Source of the DNA: an uncultured Poribacteria bacterium
GTDB taxonomy: Bacteria > Poribacteria > WGA-4E > WGA-3G
Length of the DNA: 64,000 bases
Direction: 5' to 3'
Assembly: GCA_958296135.2 (NCBI GenBank)
Contig: CATQHZ020000001.1
Span: 4,416,001 to 4,480,000 of the forward strand
Shown: positions 50,899 to 62,297 of the stretch, piece after piece
How positions within the stretch are numbered: the first letter of the stretch is position 1
How the letters are laid out: each line of letters begins with the position of its first letter
Notes under the pieces: generated by a model
Told to the model about the DNA's origin: nothing
Seen by the model: the letters and a program-made list of their open reading frames with translations, nothing else
The model's database searches: none
Program-made: the position numbers and the translations under genes

Positions 50899-51079
50899 GT
50901 TTTTGTATTGGCGCAAGGCGTTCGATTGGCTTTCCCTGTGCGATCACGTCTCCCTACGTAAGCCGTCATCGCCGTTGGCGATGACTACGTTCCTGGGGCC
51001 ATGTCTCTGTAGGGAAACCAGATCGCCCGATCTTGCCCTGTTCAGGAGGCGAGCCCAAACTACAGAGATTAAGTTGGTG

Positions 51080-52129
51080 TTACCAACTTTTGCCCCCAAC
51101 GTAGAGGGCGCGATTTTCCATCGGGAGGGAAACGCGCAAGCCGCCTAAGCGGTGCGATTCAATGATACCCATCAGCATCTCTTGGCTGCGGCGCGCGAGC
51201 TGGACGGGGCCCTTCGTCTCCCGGTCTTCGTCAAGTGCCTCGGCGATGTCCGTGATGCCCATGACGGTGCCAGTGGCGCGCGAAACCTCAGGAAAGGGAA
51301 CCTCCTCTAGGAAAGTGCCATCTTTCTTACGGAATTGGCATTCTCGGCTGTTGTTGAGGACGCGGATCTTGCCGCCGGTGCCGCACACCTCAAACTCAGG
51401 CCCTGTGCCAGCGGTGTTATATCCGTGCACCCCGTTGGCGAAACGGATGTAACCGCCGGCTATCGCCGGATCGACGTTCAACCGATTGCCTTCCCAATCG
51501 GAGTCCTTACAGATGATAGCGCCTTGCACGAAGTCTACCCCCGGGTCGCCCGCGAGGAAGAGGAGCATATCGGCGGCATGAGTTAGGCCCCAGAGCGCGG
51601 AAGATGCCCCGTACTGCGCGATGGTGCATTGGACATCGCCGATTTCACCAGCATCGACGAGTTCGCGCACCTTGCGGTAGAACGGCATGTAGCGGCGTTG
51701 CGTGCCGTAGTTAAACTTCACGCCGTGTTTTTCCACGGCATCTACCATCACATCCGCCTCTTCCATAGAACAGCAGAGCGGTTTCTCGCAGTAGATACCT
51801 TTGACGTTGTTTTCGGCGGCGAAAACGGTTATCTCGGCGTGCGGGCCCGGGCGCGTGGCGATACAGACGATGTCCGGCTTTTCCCGCTCAAGCATCTGTT
51901 GGTAATCGGTATAGGCGCGCTCGGCACCGTAGCGTTGCCGGATTGATTCGGCCTTTTCAGGCACCATATCCGAAACAGCAACCAGGTCGGTCCGGTCGCA
52001 GGCGACAGCGGCGGCCGCGTGTGAAAAAGGTTGCCAGATGAAACTATCGGGACGATTGGCGACTTCATCGTCAATCGTCGCGCCCATCCGTCCGCATCCG
52101 ATGAGACACGTTTTGTAGGTGCGTGGCAT
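51080..52129 (-). CDS. Gfo/Idh/MocA family oxidoreductase
   Basis: LIGCGRMG, IYCEKP. Confidence 0.9.
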   Translation of the reverse strand: MPRTYKTCLIGCGRMGATIDDEVANRPDSFIWQPFSHAAAAVACDRTDLVAVSDMVPEKAESIRQRYGAERAYTDYQQMLEREKPDIVCIATRPGPHAEITVFAAENNVKGIYCEKPLCCSMEEADVMVDAVEKHGVKFNYGTQRRYMPFYRKVRELVDAGEIGDVQCTIAQYGASSALWGLTHAADMLLFLAGDPGVDFVQGAIICKDSDWEGNRLNVDPAIAGGYIRFANGVHGYNTAGTGPEFEVCGTGGKIRVLNNSRECQFRKKDGTFLEEVPFPEVSRATGTVMGITDIAEALDEDRETKGPVQLARRSQEMLMGIIESHRLGGLRVSLPMENRALYVGGKSW

Positions 52130-52291
52130 GAGTTTTCTCCTATCCGTGGGCGCGCTTGGAAAGCGCGCCTACCGGTTTATGACAGTCAGCATATTGATTC
52201 GTAGGGCGCGGGCCGTTAGCCGAAACGCTGGCATCTCTGCAGCCTCGCTGCAGAGATGGCCACTAGCCCTCGCCAGCTCACCATATTCACT

Positions 52292-53761
52292 TTAGTCCCC
52301 GGTGTAGAGTTTGCCAAAATAGGGCCGGAAGCCAGCGGGCCCGGGGTAGCCGTCCCAATAGTTGGGATTTTCAGGGAATTCGGATTCGCCGCTGCTGCGG
52401 AGCCATGCCATGAGTGAGGCATCGGTGCCGCGGCGTTCAATTTCGTCCAGGGCAGCGGCATGCAGCTTCGCGACGACATCGGGATGCTCGGATTGAACTT
52501 CTTCCAAGGAACCGCGCCTGACGAGACGCGATGTTTCCGGTTTTGCCGCTACCTCCAAACTCCATTCACCATCAAAAGCAGTGAAAAGATTCATAGTCGG
52601 GTTGTTTACGGCGTTGCTCCATCTCTCGATGCTTCCGCCGGATAAAGCGAGCTGCCGTTCGCCCCCAACCGTGTCTGAAGTCCCTTCGCGCGCAGGCGTT
52701 AAAATGTCGTATCCCTCAATGCCCCCGGGAGCCTCTTCGCCGAGAATGTTGAGAATTGTCGGGAAGAAGTCCTGAGGTTGGACGATGACGTTGCTTCTGC
52801 CTGAGTCACCTTCCGGCAAGCGGATGAAGAGGGGGACATGCGCCTCTTGCTCGCGGACAGGTTGTCCCTTGCCAAAATTCCCGCGCTCGCCGACGTTGGT
52901 GCCGTGGTCGCCCGTTAAAATGACCGCGGTGTTTTTCTCTAACCCGGTGGATTTCAGCGCGGCTAAGAATTCGCCGAAGCAGTGGTCCATCCATGTCAAC
53001 TTCGCGGCGTATTGCGCTTTGATGTGCGCCTTCGCCTCATCCGAGAGGTTCGGATTGTTTCTCCCGCCGCCGAGGGTGCGCGGATCGACGCGGCCGTCGT
53101 AGCCGGGGCGCGTGTCGTATTTCTTCATGAACGCCAGTGGTGCATCCCACGGCTCGTGCGGATCGAAGCAGTCCACCCAGAGGAAGAAGTTTTCGCGGTT
53201 TGCATTATCCTTGAGGAATTGCGCCGCGGTGTTAAAGAGTTTCGCGCAATTCCAATCTGCCGGATTTTTGCGGTTTCGGTTGGCGCGGGCGTAACTCCGC
53301 AGCATGCCGGATTCCGCCGCCTTATCATCAATGCAATCAAATAGCGACTGCCGGACCCAGTTGTCTGGCCATTCGACGGTATCAGTAATCCAGTCCCTAT
53401 CCACTTCTGCGCCTCGGACGAATGTCCAGGCGTGGAAGGGCCAGTCAAAGTTGTGTCCGCCGTTGACGAGGTGCGGCGTATCGTGAATAAGTTGGGTCGC
53501 GTATCCTTTCTCTCCGAGCGTCCACGGCAAAGTAACGCGCTCGTGTCGGAGCGGTTTCCATGGATGGAACGGCGCGCCGTATTGTCCGGTGATGACATCG
53601 GTGCGGTAGGGGATAGTCGGGAAACTCGCACAGAAGGCATTGTCAAATGCCCAGGCGTTTGCGGCGAATGCGTCAATGTTGGGCGTTTCAAGCCAGTCGT
53701 TGCCGTTCGCGCCGATGTAGTCGTAGCGGAGTGTGTCAATAACAATATAGGCGAGGTTCAC
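52292..53761 (-). CDS. Sulfatase-like (alkaline phosphatase superfamily) hydrolase with Thr at the nucleophile site
   Basis: IDTLRYD, SFPTIPYR, FDPHEPWD, GDHG. Confidence 0.85.
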   Translation of the reverse strand: MNLAYIVIDTLRYDYIGANGNDWLETPNIDAFAANAWAFDNAFCASFPTIPYRTDVITGQYGAPFHPWKPLRHERVTLPWTLGEKGYATQLIHDTPHLVNGGHNFDWPFHAWTFVRGAEVDRDWITDTVEWPDNWVRQSLFDCIDDKAAESGMLRSYARANRNRKNPADWNCAKLFNTAAQFLKDNANRENFFLWVDCFDPHEPWDAPLAFMKKYDTRPGYDGRVDPRTLGGGRNNPNLSDEAKAHIKAQYAAKLTWMDHCFGEFLAALKSTGLEKNTAVILTGDHGTNVGERGNFGKGQPVREQEAHVPLFIRLPEGDSGRSNVIVQPQDFFPTILNILGEEAPGGIEGYDILTPAREGTSDTVGGERQLALSGGSIERWSNAVNNPTMNLFTAFDGEWSLEVAAKPETSRLVRRGSLEEVQSEHPDVVAKLHAAALDEIERRGTDASLMAWLRSSGESEFPENPNYWDGYPGPAGFRPYFGKLYTGD

Positions 53762-53852
53762 TTCGGTTCTCCTTTCAATGTGTCTAGGACTTACGCGGTT
53801 TCAAACCGTGCCTACCAGAAATGATTTATAGGATTCGCTTAAACCCCAAAAA

Positions 53853-54596
53853 TCACCACTTCGGGATTGCACCGAGCAATAATTTCTGCTGCGACGTGCC
53901 ATTCTCTCGGAGTTTGGTGACGCGGGGGCCGTCAAAAGGCTCACGGGATTTCATCCACGCATTCTGATAGCACATCAGGCAGACGCGCCGGCGTTGCGAA
54001 GAGGTATTGGCGGCACCGCGATGCCACGTCCAGCCATCAAACATCACCGCCTGACCCGGGGATACCAACACCCGTTTCTCATCGGGGAGTTGGATAGGGC
54101 TCGGTGGTGGCCGGAACGGAGCTCTGTGGCTGCCGGGTTGAATCACCGTCGGTCCCGTATCATCCGTGATTTCGTCCAGATAGTAGCCGCAGTTAATCTG
54201 CGCGGGGAGACTACCGTAAGGCGTGCCGTGCGGTGCAACGGGCCAAGGGCCATCGCGATGCCAATTCTGGTCTGGCGTGCCGGGCTCGGTGATGCGCGCC
54301 GTCGCGCTGTGCAACTGGACACACGTGCCGAGGATCGCCTCCATCCGATTCATCACAGGCGGGTTGTCCAATAGAAAAGCGAACCTGTCGTCCTCTTCAA
54401 GCAGTTCCCCTATGAATTGGCTGTTGTCGCGGCGGGCGTAACTTTCGTCAAGCGCGGCGCGTAAATCTTCTAACTGCCCAGGCGTTACAGCGTTATCCAC
54501 GACGAGATAACCCCACCTGAGAAAGAAATCAACTTCCTGCTGCAGTTGATAGTCCAAGTCAACGTTGAGTTGGGATGGAACGGAAAAATCGGCCAT
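53853..54596 (-). CDS. PhyH family dioxygenase
   Basis: FFLRWGYL, NWHRD, PGSH, WHRGAAN...R. Confidence 0.9.
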   Translation of the reverse strand: MADFSVPSQLNVDLDYQLQQEVDFFLRWGYLVVDNAVTPGQLEDLRAALDESYARRDNSQFIGELLEEDDRFAFLLDNPPVMNRMEAILGTCVQLHSATARITEPGTPDQNWHRDGPWPVAPHGTPYGSLPAQINCGYYLDEITDDTGPTVIQPGSHRAPFRPPPSPIQLPDEKRVLVSPGQAVMFDGWTWHRGAANTSSQRRRVCLMCYQNAWMKSREPFDGPRVTKLRENGTSQQKLLLGAIPKW

Positions 54597-54820
54597 CGGT
54601 TATCCTCCTGTCTCGCGATAGCGCACATCAGGGCGGATAGAGACATCCACCCCCTACAGGCACAATGCGCGCCCGTTTTCCAAAAATTGTCCGATTTCAT
54701 ACTGAAACTTCATCCGAGCCCGAACTATAGAGGCGAATTGGGTCTTAGCCAAGGAACGCAGCATACAACAACGGCGCATGCAGGGCTACGTCAGTAAACG
54801 TTATTGCATCGGAGGTGTGC

Positions 54821-55654
54821 TCAAAGCTTTGCGCCAAGACGAAGAATTGCACCGCGGTCGGCGGCTGCCCATTCTTCCCACCGTTCTTCGTCGGCGCAGA
54901 GAAACCCGGAGTTGCACCGAGGTTGCAACTGTTCATCGACACCGAGGAGCCGCATTTGTTGATGATTATTGGCGGCTTTTGCTTCGGCGAGCAACTTCTG
55001 CGTGTGCGGGCCGCTGTGATGGTCTGTGTGTTTGAGCCATGTCAAGTTGTAATAGATACTAAAGAAATAGCGCAACTGCCCGGAAGTATTCGGCGTGCCA
55101 GAATGCACCAGCCCGTTATGCGTGATGACGACATCGCCTGCCTTCATGTGGATGAGGGTTTCATCCGAATGCGGTTTCGCGCGTGCCGCGTCTGCCATCG
55201 TGAGCGGCGTGCGGTGCGAACCGACGATGACGCGGAGCGGCCCAAACGCATCCGTCAAATCTTGCAAGTAAGAGATCGCGTTAATGGCATTCGGACGGTG
55301 ATATGCATCCGTGTAAGGCACATGCGCCCACCGGTCGCGATGCCACCCCGAAACTCGCCCCTTCCCCTTCTCCGGTTCAATTGAGGAAAATGCGGCGAGC
55401 GTCAGGTTATCCAACTGCACAAACGGCCCCATCACCTTCTCCACGAATTCAAGAATAGTAGGATGCGTGACAGCGGGCCACATCAAATCGGGTGCCAATT
55501 CTAGGGTGTTTCCGAACCACGTTTGCCCGTTATTTTCGGCGGAGAGCTGCCGGTGCTTCTCGCGCCAGAGGTGCATCTGTGGCTCGGCGAAAACCTTCTC
55601 AAAAACGGTGAAGCCGTTGGTTTTGTATGCCTCAAACCGCTCGTCTGTTGTCAT
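54821..55654 (-). CDS. PhyH family dioxygenase
   Basis: YKTNGF, GWHRD, VIVGSH, AGDVVI...VHSG..N...R. Confidence 0.9.
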   Translation of the reverse strand: MTTDERFEAYKTNGFTVFEKVFAEPQMHLWREKHRQLSAENNGQTWFGNTLELAPDLMWPAVTHPTILEFVEKVMGPFVQLDNLTLAAFSSIEPEKGKGRVSGWHRDRWAHVPYTDAYHRPNAINAISYLQDLTDAFGPLRVIVGSHRTPLTMADAARAKPHSDETLIHMKAGDVVITHNGLVHSGTPNTSGQLRYFFSIYYNLTWLKHTDHHSGPHTQKLLAEAKAANNHQQMRLLGVDEQLQPRCNSGFLCADEERWEEWAAADRGAILRLGAKL

Positions 55655-55742
55655 TGTTGTTTTCCTCTATCGTCTGACCTGTTACGGGCGGAGGAAATCC
55701 GCCCTTACACTCCTGTGGCAACGGATAAATCTAATCTCCTAC

Positions 55743-56693
55743 CTAACGGAGGCCCCCTAAGATATCCGCTGCGAGTTGCATGGTTTTCACCGCCTCGTCT
55801 AAATTCGCGGCGGGAAACAAGACAGGCGTATCGTTTTTGACGCAATCTAGGAAATACCGGGCTTGCTCAACGGTGCCGCCTGTGCCCGCGCCTGTCAGTT
55901 CGTGTTGTGCGCCATCGCAGAAAACGGTTCCGCGGGACACGCCTTCCAAATAGGCCGAGATGTCTCTGCCGTGAATTTCATAACGCTCAAGGCGCGCATC
56001 GGTAGTATAGTTGGCGATGAGTTGCGCAACGCAACCGTTGTCAAACAGAATCAGCGCGGCATGGACATCTTTGAACACCGAGATGGAACGTTGGACGACG
56101 CTATGCACCTCTTTCACATCAGCTTCGGCGATGGCGCGCAACGCATCTAGCGAGTGGATAGGCGTTTCCAAGAACATGTTGTCCATTAGGTGTTCCGGGA
56201 ATTTCCCAGAACGCGACAAACGGGTGATGCTCTTGTGGAACTCGCCGACGAGCTGCGTGACAGGCCCGCGTGCCGTTACGCGTCGTTTCGCTTCGACAAT
56301 GAGAGGATGAAACCGCCGATTCCAACCTACCATGCCTTTTGCGCCGGTTCGCTTCGCGGTATCTCGCAAATTTATCGTCTCTGCGACGCTCATCCCCGGC
56401 GGTTTTTCGAGCAGCGTATTGACACCGCGCGCGAGGCAGGGGAGAGCAGCTTCGCCGTTGAGATGCGCCGGTGTCGCGACGAAGATCGCATCCAAATCCT
56501 CGGTGTCTAGCAAGGCATCGATTGTCTCGTAGCGGTTCGCGATGTTGAACGTCTCACCAGCGGCTTTGCGCGCTGCTTCAACCGGGTCGCAGATTGCGAC
56601 GAGGGTGGTATCTTCAAATTGCGAGAGAATGTTGAGATGGCCGCGCCCGCGGCCCCCACATCCGATGACAGCAACGCGTATGGAGGTTGCCAT
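55743..56693 (-). CDS. Gfo/Idh/MocA family oxidoreductase
   Basis: VAVIGCGGRG, LLEKPP, VGWNRRF. Confidence 0.9.
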   Translation of the reverse strand: MATSIRVAVIGCGGRGRGHLNILSQFEDTTLVAICDPVEAARKAAGETFNIANRYETIDALLDTEDLDAIFVATPAHLNGEAALPCLARGVNTLLEKPPGMSVAETINLRDTAKRTGAKGMVGWNRRFHPLIVEAKRRVTARGPVTQLVGEFHKSITRLSRSGKFPEHLMDNMFLETPIHSLDALRAIAEADVKEVHSVVQRSISVFKDVHAALILFDNGCVAQLIANYTTDARLERYEIHGRDISAYLEGVSRGTVFCDGAQHELTGAGTGGTVEQARYFLDCVKNDTPVLFPAANLDEAVKTMQLAADILGGLR

Positions 56694-56730
56694 AATGTTT
56701 TCCTGCTCCTCGGTTTGGCATTTTTCCATT

Positions 56731-56759
56731 AGCATAGCATGTTTTTAAAAATGTGTCAA
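56731..56759 (-). promoter_or_regulatory. sigma70-type promoter TTGACA-17-TATGCT
   Basis: Near-consensus, just upstream of 56693. Confidence 0.65.
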
Positions 56760-56761
56760 CG

Positions 56762-56802
56762 AAAAAAACGCGCGAGCGAGGAAAGTTAACTCCTCGCTCG
56801 CG
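56762..56802 (-). terminator. Rho-independent terminator
   Basis: GCGCGAGCGAGGA stem followed by T7 on the minus strand. Confidence 0.75.
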
Positions 56803-56817
56803 CTAGTGGGCCCTTGA

Positions 56818-57720
56818 CGTAGGGAGAGAACCTGTCTCTCGCGATCTCTCAACCCCCAAAACGGCCCCTTTCACCGTAGCGCGGGGGCCCGGCGATCACT
56901 AATCGCCGAGGGTTCCCCCCGCTATCGTTCGACCCACACAAAAAACGACCGAAGCCCCGGGACTGCGGCCCTCTTCTCCGCAGATCGATGCATGGCGCGG
57001 CACAGGACCGCGCCCTACGGACTAAGGGCCTTTTTACCGACGGGCCCTTTTAACCGTAGCGCGAGGGCCGTCACGCCGAAACTTTGTCATCTCTGCAGCC
57101 TCGCTGCAGAGATGTCCACTGTCCCTCGCGATCTACCTAACCACACGAACCCCCTTTCACCATCGCGCGAGGGAAAACCTGTCCCCCGGTAGGAGAGACC
57201 TCCCGCGTCTCGATGTTCGGATCTTCTTTACAGACCGACGCATGGCGCGGCACAGGACCGCGCCCTACGGACTAAGGGCCTTTTTACCGACGGGCCCTTT
57301 TAACCGTAGCGCGAGGGCCTGTCCCTCGCGATCTACCTAACCACACGAACCCCCTTTCACCCTCGCGCGAGGGAAAACCTGGCCCTCGCGAAACGGCCCC
57401 TTTTCACCGTAGCGCGAGGGCCCGGCGATCGCGAATCGCCGAGGGTTCCCCTCGCGATCGTCCGAACCACACGAACCCCCCTTTCACCGTAGCGTGAGGG
57501 AAAACCTGTCCCTCGCGATCCCTCTTGATAGACCGACGCATGGCGCAGCACAGGACCGCGCCCTACGGACTAAGGCGCCCTTTTTACCATCGCATGGCGA
57601 GGCACAAGACCGCGCCCTACGGACTAAGGCACCTTTTTACCGTCGCACACGAAAAAAACAGCCGCAACCCCAAGGGGCCACGGCCGTTTTCTACATGGCG
57701 AAGGACAACCCCCGCCCTAC
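56818..57720. repeat. Mosaic REP/REPIN-like array (left)
   Basis: Four copies of GGCGCGGCACAGGACCGCGCCCTACGGACTAAG (some variant) interleaved with ACCGTAGCGCGAGGG...CCCTCGCG palindromes; 250-bp internal period. Confidence 0.9.
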
Positions 57721-57722
57721 AT

Positions 57723-60700
57723 CTATTTCGCCTGCTTTTTCACAGCACCGAACGTCGTCAACTGCCGATTGGCCGCGGAGACTGGCCCCCGCAACATCCG
57801 CATCGCCAACGTCGCCGGCCGCCCATCAAACGCGACCTCCTCGATCTGATAATAGTACTCAACACCCGGCTTCGCAGACGTGTCCGTAAACGTATACGTC
57901 TGACGCTCACCTGTCGTGCCAGCACCCGCAATCAACGCAGCATTCAGCAGCGTGAAACCACTGTCGCGTTTCTCACTACGGCGCAGGTTAAAACCAGCGT
58001 TGTCGACTTCGGACTCCGTCGTCCAGGTCACGACAACCGCACCTGCCTCCGTGCGCGCCACGGTGAAACTTGACAACTCCACCGGCAACGCACCACCGCG
58101 CCGATACCCCGGCGTGCCGATGTCCTCAGCATGCCCATAGTGGAGGGCTGACACCGCGAGTCGCTTGACGTTCGACGCCAGAGCCCAACTCGCACGCTGC
58201 TTCCCTTTCAGTGCAACGCCTTTGTCGTAACGCCGAATCAGCGAACTCCGAACGCCTTCCTCAACACTCACCGGCAACGCCCACGCCGGCGCATCTTTCG
58301 TCCGACGATTCCCATCGGTATTGCCCACTTCATCTATCTTCGTCCCATTCCTATCGGTAAGTTTCAGGTAGAACCCTTCCGCGCTCAGGAACGTATCCCG
58401 CGCAGTCTTGATGCGCAGGTTCCTCTGATGCAGTGCCAACAGGTTGTAAACCCGCTCCGCAGGAAACACCGTGCTTGAAGACGCACGCGCAGGCCCCGCG
58501 ACAATCAGCAGCGTCTGATTCGGTTGAATCACCTTCTCTTGCAACGTCAACGCCACAATCGGCCGCCCTACCAAATCTTCCGAATCCACATTCTGGAACT
58601 CCAATTGCCACCGGTTCAGATTGAGTGCCTCGGTCTTGGATTTATTATACAGCTCTATCCACTGTGGCAGTGTGCCACCACCCGAATCAAACATCACTTC
58701 GCTGATAGTGATACTGCCTTTCGGCGTGGCAGCACCCGTTTTCACGGCACCATTCGGATACCCCGGTGTGCCTGCGGTGGCAGCAGACTTCGAGACAGTC
58801 CTGTCATAGCCGATACCGGTGAACGCCGCCTCTGCCCAGGCATCTTTATGGTAACCCACAATATCTGCCTTGGCGCGCTGCCACACCTTACCAGAGCCGA
58901 GGGCCCCTTCGGTATCACCACCCGGTGCCTCACGCACTTGCAACGGCCACACGTAGGTATCATAGTCCCCTGTCTGCTCGCGAACGAACGCATCCGTGTC
59001 ACTGCCACCGCCACCGGCGACATCGACAAATGCCTCGTTCATACCGAGTTTCTCCTTGGCGTTCCGCAGAATCAATAGGAACTTCCCATCATCTGGCAAG
59101 GATAGCCCCGCATCCACCAAAAACGCATGCGACAACCCTCTCTGCTCACCACCTGCCAGCGGCGTTTTATCCGGCGCACTGTTCGTGATGAGTAAGAGCC
59201 CATTGGCCGGCACACTCACATCCGCGAAAACGACAAGCGATGTATCTTCCTTTTGCCCATCGGCCACAACCGAAAGCTCATAGTCTTTCAGGGATACCGC
59301 CGAACCCGTGACATTCCGCAATTCCAGCCAATCATTTGCAGCACCGCTGCCATTGCCGAACTCGTTAAAAACAATCGGACTGCGAGGCACAGCAGACGCA
59401 GCAGCCTTCGGCGATGTCTCCTCGGGGAAAAACGGCACAAACGGCACAACCGGTGTCTCCTGGACGACAGGCGAACCCCCCGGGGCCGCCGCCGGCACCG
59501 AGGCCGGCGCAGCACCAGAACCCATCGCAGGCGCTGCTGTCCCAGACTGCCGCTGTTGCTCAGACAGCAACGTCGTCCCTTCCGGCACCTGTATCTCGAC
59601 AGAGGGAGCACGCACTGTCTCTGCCACCGTGTCCGTGGCTGCCACCGTATACGCGAATGTCACCCGGGTCGAATTCGTGTCTTCCGCCGCTGTCCAAACA
59701 GCATGCCGCGCATTCGCTAACACCTGTTCACCCAGATACACCACCAGATACGGCAGGTTGGCCCCTTCATACCGCAGATTCTCCTGGGCATACGTCACCG
59801 ACACTTCAATCTTATCTCCGGCGGTATAGACACCCGCGGGGGGCGCAACAATCTCCGGCGTACCCACCACGCTGTCCACCGGCACTGTTAACGTATTCGA
59901 TACCAGATTCCCGTTGCCCGCAATGTCCATCGTGGCACCCGCGGGCACCTGAATCGTCACATCGCCCCTAAAACCAGCGGCGGGCGTAATCCGCGCTTTG
60001 TAAACCAAGAACGATGCCGAATTCTTCGCATCACCGGGACTGTGCCCAGCGTCTCCGGAGTAATTCTGTAATGCACGATGGTCGAGCCCAATGTAAACCG
60101 GGGCATCAACCGTCCAATCCAGCGAATTCCCATCGGCATCGCTGAAGACAATGTCCTCCGCGCCAAACGTCTCACCGATTTCCTCGGCGATGGCACCCGT
60201 CTCAGAGTGATGGTTCGTAAAGCGGAATTCAACGTCAAACGCGCCGTCCTGCGACACCGATTCCGTAGTCCCTGCCGCAAAATCTGTCACAGCGTGCCCA
60301 GATGCACTGGGATCCAGGTTGACTATCGCGTTGAGTCGATCCTCGGTGTGCGTCTCCCCATTCTTTATCAAGCCGGGAATCCACACCGTCGGCGGAAGGG
60401 TATCCACAAGGTGCCTGACGACTGCCTGGGCGTAGGCAGCGGCCTTCGCACCGGCAAGAGGGAGGGGCCGCTCCCAACTTCGATAACTCGTAATCGTTCT
60501 CCAATTGTTGGGGCCTTGCCACGTGTTGTCAATTGAATCATCCTGAATCAGAAACCTCCGAAACTCCAATTCAATATCGTGCTGAAACCACGTACCATAA
60601 TCAAAAGTGTAGCCAGCCGCGTTTTTTATGTGCTGCTGCTGCGCTGCGGGAAGCCACTGACCCTGACCATTTACCTCCCACTTACCGGAACGGGCATTAT

Positions 60701-61864
60701 GCCACATACTGTCGTCAAGAGTGATGCCATCGAACACCCGATCTCCCACTTGCACGGTGTATTGGAAGGTGAGCATTGCATCTCCAGTCAGATCCGCATT
60801 GGTGAGTGTAAACAGCGTTTCCGGTCCGCTTCCGGTTCCGGTTTTGAACGACTGGTGCGTCTTCAGCGTCACACCTGCGTCGGCAATGACGTTTTCATCA
60901 AACGTCATCCGAATTTGCATGACATCGCCTGCCCTGTAATAGCCGACGGTCGGACTATTCGCCAAAGTCACAGGGTTAGCCCCGGTAGGAAGGGCCCAGC
61001 CATCAGTTCCCACCAAATCGCAGTATCCCGTGTACTCGGCACCGTAGTGATTGTGATAGCGGAGACAATCTTGGCGCACCTTGTGATAGCGGGACTTGCC
61101 GGTCTGGGGCGCGGTACCAGGAACAAACTGCACCGCGTAAGTGCTTGTCGATGCATCTGTTGTTATCAGTGCCGGGCGCTTCCCGTACACTACGGGATAA
61201 TTGACACCTGTAGTGTCAAACGCGATCGTCCCTTGATTCTGCACTGGCCATCGGTTATTAGAAAAAGGGGTAGCCGTTGTTGAAGACTCAAGCCACCCAC
61301 CGTCGGTATCAATGTCGCCATTCTTCACCTCATAGACGTAGACAGCGGTAGCATTTGCAAGTACTGGACTGAGCCAACTATGTGAGCTGCCTTCCAAGTA
61401 GACGTTAGGAGTCGGTGACTGTTTAATCCCGCCTGGGTTATTTGTCAGATCCGTTGGTACTGCCAACCCGGCCGCATCAAAACCAGGGAAGTTTAACGTT
61501 GCGAACCAGATCCTTACATTCTGTAGATGAAGCGCAATCGCGATGATATCCCCCGCACGCGCCGTGACTGGGGTTGCGCTATCGTGGTCGTTGGAGTCAG
61601 TAATCTCGGTACCGCCGCTCAGCGTGCCGTGGCTCGTACCGAGTTTCGCGTACGGCCCCCCCCCACGGTACCCCGTATCGGCGTATGCGACGACACCTCG
61701 GTTGGATAGTTAGCATCGGCGATGCTGGTTACCATATCTGGGTTCACGTAGATTTTAATGCCAGCTACTGATTCTACGGCTTGTGCGTCTATCGGTATGC
61801 CGAGCATCGAAACTATCCCGACGACGAGCAGCAAACATAAGAAAAAAATGGAATGCCTTTTCAT
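57723..61864 (-). CDS. Large secreted protein (Ig-like repeats, two lamin-tail-like domains, LPVELSSF C-terminal domain), interrupted by a frameshift around G9 at 61656-61664
   Basis: GAGGAG RBS and signal peptide at 61864; that frame stops at 61619 while another frame is open from ~61710 to 57723. IVFNEF..NDWLELRN and ITISEVMF..QWIELYN domains; degenerate tail NRQLTTFGAVKK. Confidence 0.8.
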
Positions 61865-62297
61865 AGGAAAATTCTCCTCTTGGAAAAATGAAATAAAATG
61901 AATAGGGGGTTTCCGCCGCACCGATTGCGGCGGAAACATGAAGAGTAGGAGGGACATCGGGTCCCGATAATACCGTCTCCGCCCCACCGATTGCAGTGGA
62001 GCGCAGCAGGTGTCGCAGTCTCGGAGAAAACAGGGTAACCGTGGGCGAATGCCCACGGCTATCCTGCCCCTTTATATCCCTAGTGGGGACAGAAATTTCC
62101 CCGGAACAACGCTGGTGGCCCTCGACGTTGCAGCCATCGGTGCAACGCGAAAAGCCCCGTGGCAGCCGCGTCCACGCGAACGTGAGCGGCTGCCACGGAG
62201 CAATGTGAGTCGCGCGCATGCAACGCGCGGTTTTTTATGTTGGAATTGCGAGCAAGGATATCCCCCCGGAGCCCCTTCCTGCCGAGTTTATCAAGGG

